Part shown: piece by piece, positions 23,956-32,033 of the stretch
Numbering within the stretch: position 1 is the stretch's first letter
Layout of the letters: every line of letters begins with the position of its first letter
Program-made: the position numbers and the translations under genes
Notes under the pieces: model-generated
The model's database searches: none
The model's input: the letters and a program-made list of their open reading frames with translations, nothing else
What the model was told of the DNA's origin: nothing
Assembly (NCBI GenBank): GCA_043753565.1
Contig: JAYUWM010000065.1
Span: 1-42,329, forward strand
Origin: a bacterium
GTDB lineage: Bacteria > Patescibacteriota > Saccharimonadia > Saccharimonadales > SZUA-47
Length of the DNA stretch: 42,329 nt
Direction: 5' to 3'

Positions 23956-26169
23956 ATGCAACGTATTCAAAGATTAATCATTGATAATAAGTATTTACGA
24001 CTCTTCATTTTTGTATTAATAATTTCTGTGGCTACGATAGCACTTAGGGCACCCCGAGCTCATGCTGCCTATGATGGCTCTAGGCTTATAGATAACAATG
24101 TCTTCCTTGATGCAAATTCTATGAATGCATCGCAAATTCAGCAATTTCTTGTAGATAAAGGCGCTGGATTGGCTAATCTAAATTTCGCGCTTACCTGTGG
24201 TGCACCTAGCGATACAGCAACTATGAATGCATACGCAGCGGTTAGCGCGCCATGTGGACAAACGATACCCGCATCCTCAATTATTTATTATGCAGCGCGG
24301 ATTTATGGTGTTAGCCCTCGTGTGATCCTATCCACGATGCAAAAAGAACAAAGTCTTACTACAGCGGTAAATCCAACGTCATGGCAAATTAATCAAGCAA
24401 TGGGATATGGATGCCCAGATAGTACTGGTTGCGGTGCATCAAACTTTTTTTACCAAATAGATAATGGTACTTGGGCCCTACGCTATCACTATGAACGGGC
24501 CAACAGTAACAATACCTGGTGGAATAGTGGTGGCAATGTATGTGGTGGTACTACCATATATAGATCTACGGGCCTATACGCTGGTGCTACAGTGACTTTT
24601 AAAGATGATAACGGCGTGGGATACGCTACGTATACACTTGCAAACGCTGCTACCGCCTCATTCTACTGTTACACCCCCCATGCGTATAACAACCCGCAAG
24701 GCTTGTACGGCTTGCCTACAATGGGCACATCAGGTATGTATTATAGTGGCAGTTATAATTTTGTATTGTGGTTCGAACGTTGGTTTGGCCTAACAACGCG
24801 CTTAGATGCTCAGTCATTTATAAATAGCCTGCCCGTAACAATAATTACCCAACCGTATGCAACCCCAGCAATAGGACAAAAATTAGACTATAAAGTTTCG
24901 TTCAAAAATAATTTTACATACCAAATAACTATAGATACGGCTTTGGCTGTAGGCAGGGCTGGCAATATTACTAGCGGCACGAACAGAGATTTTGGCTGGC
25001 AGGGTCCTACGATATTAGCACCAGGCGCATCAAAAGAGTACACATTTTCCACCACTAACTTAGATACGGGTTCTGTTAATATATGGCCTGCAATTTTGTA
25101 CCAAGGTAACTACATCCAATATAACAATTGGGGCACGACTATAACAGGGCATGCCGCAAACTTAACGCTATCGCAAGCGCTTAATACAGATGCACCAACT
25201 ATTTATGCCGGGCAGAATGTTGCCTTTACTGCAAAATTAAAAAACAATGAACCCTACCCTATTAGCTACGATGCAATTGGTATACCAGTTAAATTTTATG
25301 ATAAATATAATTATGACGCTACATGGGTTGGCCCAGGTGTTATCGCAGCTGGCGCAGAGTTATCATTAACTGGCACGCGCAACATTGATAAGCCTGGCCC
25401 CTTTACGTATTGGGTATCTAATTACCTGGCCGGTACATACACAACTCTAGGTCCTGTTAAAAAGTTTTCTGCTGTAGAACCTACGCCAAACTTTTCGGTT
25501 TCCGGCATTACTTTCACTAACACATCACCTGTATTGGGGGAAAACCTCGTTGCCAGTATTACAATAACAAACAACTTACCTGTTGCTATTGATGTTGATG
25601 GCGTTGGAATAGTGGGACGTTTAGGCACTTTTAACGGAGCAAACCGTGATATTGCCTGGCAAGGCCCTGTACGTTTTGAAGCAAAGGGATCACCAAATGC
25701 ATCTAAGACAATTACGGGGATAACGCGCAAAATTACAGACGTTGGAACACACTACTATTGGATAGGTATTGTTGATGACGGTAACTATATTCAGTACAAC
25801 AATTGGGGTAGTACAATTATTAGCCGCGTTCCTAGCTTCTCGGTGTCTGGTATTACATTCTCTAACGCTTCCCCAGCGCTGGGTGAAAATCTAAGTGCAA
25901 CTAAGTTTACTATTACCAATAACCTTTCTGTCCCTGTAGATGTTGATGGCGTTGGAATAGTGGGACGTTTAGGCACTTTTAACGGAGCAAACCGTGATAT
26001 TGCCTGGCAAGGCCCTGTGCACTTTAACGCAAATGAGGTCAAAGAGTTTACTACCGGCTATACGCGTACAATTACAGACGTTGGAACACACTACTATTGG
26101 ATAGGTATTGTTGATGACGGTAACTATATTCAGTACAACAATTGGGGTAGTACAATTATTAGCCGTTAA
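23956..26169 (+). CDS. Secreted 737-aa protein: conserved N-terminal domain (…SPRVILSTMQKEQSL…MGYGCPDSTGC…) plus four ~110-aa Ig-like repeats
   Basis: Signal peptide ending AHA|AY. Starts 5 nt after the previous gene. The four C-terminal modules share NRD(F/I)(G/A)WQGP and GNYIQYNNWG(T/S)TI motifs. The function of the N-domain is uncertain (possibly cell-wall related). Confidence 0.85.
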   Translation: MQRIQRLIIDNKYLRLFIFVLIISVATIALRAPRAHAAYDGSRLIDNNVFLDANSMNASQIQQFLVDKGAGLANLNFALTCGAPSDTATMNAYAAVSAPCGQTIPASSIIYYAARIYGVSPRVILSTMQKEQSLTTAVNPTSWQINQAMGYGCPDSTGCGASNFFYQIDNGTWALRYHYERANSNNTWWNSGGNVCGGTTIYRSTGLYAGATVTFKDDNGVGYATYTLANAATASFYCYTPHAYNNPQGLYGLPTMGTSGMYYSGSYNFVLWFERWFGLTTRLDAQSFINSLPVTIITQPYATPAIGQKLDYKVSFKNNFTYQITIDTALAVGRAGNITSGTNRDFGWQGPTILAPGASKEYTFSTTNLDTGSVNIWPAILYQGNYIQYNNWGTTITGHAANLTLSQALNTDAPTIYAGQNVAFTAKLKNNEPYPISYDAIGIPVKFYDKYNYDATWVGPGVIAAGAELSLTGTRNIDKPGPFTYWVSNYLAGTYTTLGPVKKFSAVEPTPNFSVSGITFTNTSPVLGENLVASITITNNLPVAIDVDGVGIVGRLGTFNGANRDIAWQGPVRFEAKGSPNASKTITGITRKITDVGTHYYWIGIVDDGNYIQYNNWGSTIISRVPSFSVSGITFSNASPALGENLSATKFTITNNLSVPVDVDGVGIVGRLGTFNGANRDIAWQGPVHFNANEVKEFTTGYTRTITDVGTHYYWIGIVDDGNYIQYNNWGSTIISR
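25477..26166 (+). repeat. Tandem direct duplication (two ~340-350-nt units) with 80-nt and 95-nt blocks of 100% identity
   Basis: 25591-25670 equals 25939-26018 (80/80). 25732-25826 equals 26071-26165 (95/95). The segments between them (61 vs 52 nt) and the 5' ~100 nt of each unit are strongly diverged. Confidence 0.9.
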
Positions 26170-26277
26170 TAGCGCTGTTTAGCCTTTAAGAATAGGTTTA
26201 AAAAAGCTATACTATAAAGTATTGTCTAATGGTGTATAAGTTAAGGAACCTGCTAAATATTTTTGAACGTTAATAAA

Positions 26278-27924
26278 ATGCTAAATAAATATTTTAAAAT
26301 TCTAATTGTCTCTATTTTCGTCTTGCTTGTTGCTGTACAGGCAGGTAAAAGCTTCGTGTTAGACGAAATAGATTTCCCAATAGTGTCACATGCTACTAGC
26401 CTTACAGCAAAACCCATATACTACCGAGGGGAAGAGTCACCAGTACATGTAGGGACATACCATCCGACTCTATACATAAACTCGCTAGCATCATTTATTA
26501 AAGTTTTCGGCTATAACGAAACATCTGTTAGGTTATTTGGGGTTATATGTACACTAATTACTGCATACCTACTAATACTTATTTTACGGCAACTTACTAA
26601 AAAGAATCCTACTGCAGAGGCGCTACTATTAGGGCTGTTTTTATTAAACCCCTATACAATTGCTAATACCACGCTACCCGATATTGATACTACTGTCTTA
26701 CCGGTTGTCTTATTACTATTTATCTACTACTCTTTAAAATATTTATTGCGATACAAAGATACCAGTAATAGGGTACTGCTTATTTTGGGATCATTGTTTG
26801 GCTTAGCACTTTGGTCAAAACTAACTACACCACTCATTATTCCGCCACTTTTAGCTTGCCTGGCCTACACTACATCTAAAGATTATAAAAAGAGTCTACT
26901 ATTTACACTAAAAGTGACTATATTTGGTGCATCGGCATTTTTGTTTACTTACTTTGTATACTGCAAATTACTTGGCCTATCTACTACATACACATATCGT
27001 TTCTTATTAGACTCATTCATAAAAGGCACAAGTACCGATGGTCCAATAACTGGTGCTATTAAAAACTTGGATAACGTACGACACTTTGTTTATTGGCTTA
27101 CCCTGCCAGTCGTTGGGCTCTTTGGAATTTCTTTTATTGGAGTCATGTTTGATAAGGACAAATCCGAAAAAACAAAAATCAAGAAGTTGCTTGTTTTAAC
27201 TGGTCTACTTGTGTCCATATTCTATATTGCGTTAATCTCGCCATTTGGTGGGTTCTTTAAGTATCCATTCCCAGTATTTGGGCTAATGATCCTAACAATA
27301 ATATTCTTTTACGACAGGTATTATAGAGCCTTAAAAATTAACTGGCTGTATGCGCTTGTTGCTACTTTGTTCGGATTTGTGATCGAAAAAGTACTCTGGG
27401 GCGACAAGATGTTCTTGAATGCTAAGCCATTTGGGGGGCTTTTAGTACTGTTTGCACTAATAATTGCCTTCTATGTACTGCTTAGGATTAATACCCGTAA
27501 CATAGCTGCAAACTTGTTTGTATTATTAATATTTTTTACTATAGGGTTCCAAGTTAGTATTAGTAGAATCCAGGCTACTTCACCGTATACTACAAAATAC
27601 CTTTATGGTCAAACGGGCCTAGATCAAACCACCTCTTGGCTTAGGTCCAATACGGGCCCTAACGAGGTTATTTGGTCTATGAAAGACGTTGGTTACTACA
27701 CAAACAATAAATATATTGAAAGCTACAGCTATTATTTTGACCCTTTACTGCAGAATGACTTGATAAACTTGTTACAGGGTAGTACAGTCAGATACTATGT
27801 CGTGACTACAGGTATCGGGCAAGATAACATAGACTACTACACGGATATTAAACAAATACTTAACGCAAATGCGATTCGCGTAAAACAATTTGGTAACTAT
27901 ATCATTTATAAATCTAAGGAATGA
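26278..27924 (+). CDS. GT-C fold glycosyltransferase (ArnT/PMT/GT39-like), polytopic membrane protein
   Basis: About 12 or more TM helices. Acidic motif VLDEIDFP in the first extracytoplasmic loop. Soluble C-terminal domain. The start is either the ATG at 26278 or the TTG at 26263. Confidence 0.8.
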   Translation: MLNKYFKILIVSIFVLLVAVQAGKSFVLDEIDFPIVSHATSLTAKPIYYRGEESPVHVGTYHPTLYINSLASFIKVFGYNETSVRLFGVICTLITAYLLILILRQLTKKNPTAEALLLGLFLLNPYTIANTTLPDIDTTVLPVVLLLFIYYSLKYLLRYKDTSNRVLLILGSLFGLALWSKLTTPLIIPPLLACLAYTTSKDYKKSLLFTLKVTIFGASAFLFTYFVYCKLLGLSTTYTYRFLLDSFIKGTSTDGPITGAIKNLDNVRHFVYWLTLPVVGLFGISFIGVMFDKDKSEKTKIKKLLVLTGLLVSIFYIALISPFGGFFKYPFPVFGLMILTIIFFYDRYYRALKINWLYALVATLFGFVIEKVLWGDKMFLNAKPFGGLLVLFALIIAFYVLLRINTRNIAANLFVLLIFFTIGFQVSISRIQATSPYTTKYLYGQTGLDQTTSWLRSNTGPNEVIWSMKDVGYYTNNKYIESYSYYFDPLLQNDLINLLQGSTVRYYVVTTGIGQDNIDYYTDIKQILNANAIRVKQFGNYIIYKSKE

Positions 27925-27932
27925 AATAACAC

Positions 27933-28571
27933 ATGGCTAACAACGATAAAAACTATCACAAGACAAGATTTAAGTTCGATCCGGGACGCGTAAAAGTCTG
28001 GAGAGCGATTACTGAATACCTGCAGCCATATGTTGGCCAAGATAAGGCTGTTCTTGATTTGGGCTGCGGCTATGGGGACTTTATTAACCTTATAGGTGCA
28101 AAAAAGAAATACGGCTTAGACATTGGCCCCGATGTAAAAGATTACATTGGTAAGGATGTTACATTCATAAATAAACCATCTACGTCTTTAGAATCTATAG
28201 CAGATAACTCTTTAGATGTAGTTTTCTCTAGTAATTTGATGGAGCATTTAGATAGACCTCAGATCGACCAGACTATGAAGGGCGTTCGAAGAGCAATTAA
28301 AAAAGGTGGAGCCTTGATACTAATAGGTCCAAATTTTCGCTATGCATATCGGGAATATTTTGACGACTATACACATAAGACTATTTTTACACATATTACT
28401 TTAACTGACTTGATGTTTGAATACGGATTTAAATCAGTGAAGGTTGTTCCTAGATTTTTACCACTTACACTAAAATCTAGATTACCTAAAAGTTATTTAC
28501 TAACTAAAATGTATTTGCATAGCCCTATTAAGCCAATGGGTAAGCAAATGCTACTGATTTTTGAGGCGTAA
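27933..28571 (+). CDS. Class I SAM-dependent methyltransferase
   Basis: Motif I VLDLGCGYGDF, post-I DI, and motif II/III (DVVFSSNLMEHL, KKGGALILIGPN). Confidence 0.85.
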   Translation: MANNDKNYHKTRFKFDPGRVKVWRAITEYLQPYVGQDKAVLDLGCGYGDFINLIGAKKKYGLDIGPDVKDYIGKDVTFINKPSTSLESIADNSLDVVFSSNLMEHLDRPQIDQTMKGVRRAIKKGGALILIGPNFRYAYREYFDDYTHKTIFTHITLTDLMFEYGFKSVKVVPRFLPLTLKSRLPKSYLLTKMYLHSPIKPMGKQMLLIFEA

Positions 28572-28572
28572 A

Positions 28573-29286
28573 ATGCTTAAAAAGCAAAAAATCTCTGTAA
28601 TACTGCCAACATATAACGAGAAGGATTCCATCCGTAAAGTTATTAAAGATTTTGAGGCTTTAAAAATAATCGATGAGATTATTGTAATCAATAATAACGC
28701 TGTTAAGGGCACCTCAGAACAAGTAAAAGGTACTTCTGCCATAGAGGTATTCGAAAGTGTGCCTGGTTATGGTTCGGCTATTCAAAGAGGCTTAAAAGAA
28801 GCTACCGGCGATCTTATTGTAGTGTGTGAGCCTGATGATACTTTTGTAGCAAGCGACATATATAAATTTTTATCGTATGTAGATGACGTTGATGTGGTGT
28901 ATGGATCCCGTACGGTTAAGAACTTTATTGGTAAGGGTGCTAACATGGGTCATTTTTTGAAAACTGGCAACTGGTTCGTGGCAAAAATGATGCAGTTACT
29001 ATATAGAACAAGTAGCCTTAGTGATGTTGGTTGTACTTTTAGGCTAATTAAAAAGCCAGCTCTAAAAAAAATTCAGAGTAATTTTAGGATAAAAACAGGG
29101 TTTTTTGGCCCAGAAATGATGTTACTTACAAAACATTTTGATATACCCTTTGTACAAATACCAATTAATTACCAGGCTAGGGTTGGCGAATCTAGCTATA
29201 CCGGCGACTTTAAGAAAGCATTCAAATTAGGTATGCAGATGATATGGTTTATTATTACGTTTTCTTTTAGAGGCTACGGTAAGTAG
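28573..29286 (+). CDS. GT2 polyprenyl-phosphate sugar synthase (DPM1/GtrB/ArnC-like)
   Basis: The ATG lies 1 nt after the upstream stop. Motifs: ISVILPTYNEKDSI, VINNNAVKGTSE, CEPDD. The C-terminus is hydrophobic. Confidence 0.88.
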   Translation: MLKKQKISVILPTYNEKDSIRKVIKDFEALKIIDEIIVINNNAVKGTSEQVKGTSAIEVFESVPGYGSAIQRGLKEATGDLIVVCEPDDTFVASDIYKFLSYVDDVDVVYGSRTVKNFIGKGANMGHFLKTGNWFVAKMMQLLYRTSSLSDVGCTFRLIKKPALKKIQSNFRIKTGFFGPEMMLLTKHFDIPFVQIPINYQARVGESSYTGDFKKAFKLGMQMIWFIITFSFRGYGK

Positions 29287-29287
29287 C

Positions 29288-29635
29288 CTACTGCATTACC
29301 GTGAAGGTAATACCCGTCATTATCAAAAATACACCAAGTATTCCTAAGTGCGTGATGCGTTCATGGAAAATAAAGTAAGCACCCATTACAGTTAATATGT
29401 AGGCGAAGCTAACTATTGGGTATGCCACTGAAAGTGGTAATTTGGTTAATACTTGAGTCCAAACAAAAGTAGATACTACAAATAAAGAAATAGCTATATA
29501 AAACCATATATTTGTTAAGTAGTACATTGGAAACTGCAGATTTGGATTATCATTAATGTAATCGGCTGATCGTTTAAAAAATAACTGACCACTGGTCATG
29601 ATTATCACATTAAGCACAAGTAAAACATAAGGCAT
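29288..29635 (-). CDS. Small 4-TM DMT/EamA-like protein (ArnE/ArnF-like candidate lipid-linked sugar flippase)
   Basis: 115 aa from the ATG at 29635 (the ORF track extends to 29671). Four hydrophobic helices. The stop is 1 nt from the convergent GT2 gene. Confidence 0.7.
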   Translation of the reverse strand: MPYVLLVLNVIIMTSGQLFFKRSADYINDNPNLQFPMYYLTNIWFYIAISLFVVSTFVWTQVLTKLPLSVAYPIVSFAYILTVMGAYFIFHERITHLGILGVFLIMTGITFTVMQ

Positions 29636-29701
29636 ACACTTAATACTATATATAAAACAGAGAAGCGTCAATTTAGTAATGCTTAGTTTAGTAGACTGCA
29701 G

Positions 29702-31156
29702 CTACTTACTTGGCTTGTAGGTAGATACCATGCCCTTAAGTCGTTCTCTCAAAAACTCAGTATTCAAGCTTTCATCATCCAGCGAGTCTGTAAGCAGTGC
29801 GAGGTTATTTAAATAGGCAAGCTTATCAAAATTCATAAAGTTTTTTGTCCTAAATATTTTATCTATGCCCTCAACTTTAGTTTCTTCTTCCCCCACTAGC
29901 ACTTCTTCATATAATTTCTCGCCAGGTCGTAATCCGATAATGTCTATCTTTATATCTACCTCTGGTTTGTAGCCATTTAGTGTTATAAGCCACTTTGCTA
30001 AGTCGTATATTTTTACCGGTTCGCCCATATCTAGTACAAATAAGTCATTGTTTACGCCAATAACCCAAGCCTTCAATATAAGATGTACGGCTTCAGGTAT
30101 AGTCATAAAGAAGCGTGTTATGTCTTTATGCGTAACTGTAACGGGGCCACCTTTTTCGATTTGCTTTTCAAAAAATGGTATTGCACTGCCATTACTATTT
30201 ATTACATTGCCAAAACGCACCGAGCAAAAGGTTGTTGTTGACTGGCTTTCAGACAATATGTGAAGTATTTTTTCTGCAGCACGCTTGGTTGCGCCCATTA
30301 TATTCGTGGGATTAACTGCCTTGTCTGTAGATATTAGTATAAATTTATTTACTTTGTTCTTTATAGCAAGTTCTGCAACAGTCTTGGTACCTATAATATT
30401 GTTCCTGATTGCCTCAGATGGATTATGCTCCATAAGAGGAACGTGCTTATAAGCTGCGGCGTGGAATATAGTGGTAGGCTTATATTTTTTTATAGTATTA
30501 TCTAGGCGTTTTCTATCTTTGATATCACCAATAATAAATACCATATTTTCTTCGCCATATAATTCTAGTAACTGATTGCGTAGCTCAAACATACCGTTCT
30601 CCCACCAATCATAGAATAAAATGCGTTTAGGGTTATGGGCTGCTATTTGCCTGCTAAGTTCAGATCCAATGGAGCCTGCGGCGCCTGTGATTAATATGGT
30701 TTGTCCCTTTGTGAAGTTTGTAATTTCACTTTGGTCTGACTTTAGTATTTCGCCACCAAGCAAATCTTCTGGTTTAACTTTACGTATATATTTTAGGTAA
30801 TCTTCTTTAAAGTCCTGTATCAAGACTTCTGACATGCGTGGTAAAATTTTATATGTAACCTTTTGGCCCGCAGCGCTTTCTATAATATATCTAATTGTTT
30901 TACCCCGTTCGGACGGTATAGCTATAAGTACTTCTGCTACTTGTAAGTCTTGTATGAATTCTGCAAGTTCTGATACTGAACCCAGTACAGGTTTACCGTT
31001 TATATTTTTACCATGCTTAGTTTTGTCGTCATCAACAAATCCAACTACTTCAAATGTTGATTCCTTATTGTCGAGTAAGTCTTTTGATATAAGTTGCCCT
31101 GCCTTGCCAGCACCTGCAATAATCATTCGTATTTTAGTACTAGTTTTATTTGGCAT
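29702..31156 (-). CDS. CapD/WbpM/PglF-type NDP-sugar (UDP-HexNAc) 4,6-dehydratase, soluble form without the N-terminal TM domain
   Basis: ILITGAAGSIGSEL, HAAAYKHVPLME (YxxxK), FILISTDKAVNPTNIMGATKR. The N-terminal extra Rossmann-like domain is IIAGAGKAGQ. It overlaps the upstream gene by 11 nt; an alternative start is at 31126. Confidence 0.9.
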   Translation of the reverse strand: MPNKTSTKIRMIIAGAGKAGQLISKDLLDNKESTFEVVGFVDDDKTKHGKNINGKPVLGSVSELAEFIQDLQVAEVLIAIPSERGKTIRYIIESAAGQKVTYKILPRMSEVLIQDFKEDYLKYIRKVKPEDLLGGEILKSDQSEITNFTKGQTILITGAAGSIGSELSRQIAAHNPKRILFYDWWENGMFELRNQLLELYGEENMVFIIGDIKDRKRLDNTIKKYKPTTIFHAAAYKHVPLMEHNPSEAIRNNIIGTKTVAELAIKNKVNKFILISTDKAVNPTNIMGATKRAAEKILHILSESQSTTTFCSVRFGNVINSNGSAIPFFEKQIEKGGPVTVTHKDITRFFMTIPEAVHLILKAWVIGVNNDLFVLDMGEPVKIYDLAKWLITLNGYKPEVDIKIDIIGLRPGEKLYEEVLVGEEETKVEGIDKIFRTKNFMNFDKLAYLNNLALLTDSLDDESLNTEFLRERLKGMVSTYKPSK

Positions 31157-32033
31157 TCACTATTTCCTTTACTGTATTTTCAATATTAAATAGGGGACTC
31201 CACCCAATTTCATTTTGTATTCTTGTTATGTCTGCTATGCTGGCAACCGGTTTCTCGGGCTCATTAGCTGTCTCTATTATTTGTGGTTTAGATTTAAGCC
31301 CGCAATTTTCAACTATAAGTTCTACAAGCCTTCCGTTGCTAGTGCTTTTGCCAGTACCTACATTATAGACGCCTTTGCTTTTAGGTTCTTCAATTATTGC
31401 TTTTATAGCACCGGCTATATCATTAACATATATATAGTCACGTATTGAATCCTCACGGCTTATTGTAATCTCATTAGGTCCACCGTTTTTAATAATTTCT
31501 ACTTGGTGTAATATATTTGGCACCAAAAACTTTGGTTTCATATTCACCCCAATAGGATTAAATATTCTTGCCACTACAATGCTAATGTTATGGTCTTTAC
31601 CAAACTGCAACGCCAGTGCTGTTTCTTCAGCTTTAGCCGTTCCGTATAGGCTAGTGGGTCTAATTGGCCCATTTTCTTTTATAGGCACACTGTTGTCGGT
31701 TACAGTACCGTATTCGGCAGCAGAACCAGATATGATAACTTTTTTTACATCCACCCCCGATACCAGCACTGCATCTAGTAAATTGCGCGTAAATACCACG
31801 TTTAGGCTAGCTTTATCACTATTTTCTACAATACCAGCACAATTCACAATGTAGTCTGGCTTAGATCTTTCTATAGCCTGCAGAATACTCTCTGGGTTAG
31901 TTAGGTCAACACTTAGTGAATTTGGGCCGTGTAGTGCTTCTTTACAAGCAGCGTATACCTCGTAATCTTGTTCTAAAGCTTCGCGCACAGCAGACCCTAT
32001 AAAACCACCAGCACCAATTAGTAGTGTTCTCAT
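31146..32033 (-). CDS. NAD-dependent sugar epimerase/reductase (extended SDR)
   Basis: MRTLLIGAGGFIGSAV, YGTAKAEE (YxxxK). TAATG overlap with the upstream giant gene. Confidence 0.85.
   Translation of the reverse strand: MRTLLIGAGGFIGSAVREALEQDYEVYAACKEALHGPNSLSVDLTNPESILQAIERSKPDYIVNCAGIVENSDKASLNVVFTRNLLDAVLVSGVDVKKVIISGSAAEYGTVTDNSVPIKENGPIRPTSLYGTAKAEETALALQFGKDHNISIVVARIFNPIGVNMKPKFLVPNILHQVEIIKNGGPNEITISREDSIRDYIYVNDIAGAIKAIIEEPKSKGVYNVGTGKSTSNGRLVELIVENCGLKSKPQIIETANEPEKPVASIADITRIQNEIGWSPLFNIENTVKEIVNAK

Noticed and set aside
25477-26166. The near-identical repeat pair could be the VR/TR of a diversity-generating retroelement.
   Set aside because: The differences are clustered replacements and a 9-nt indel rather than adenine-specific substitutions. 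Both copies are in-frame parts of the same ORF. No reverse transcriptase is present in the window.
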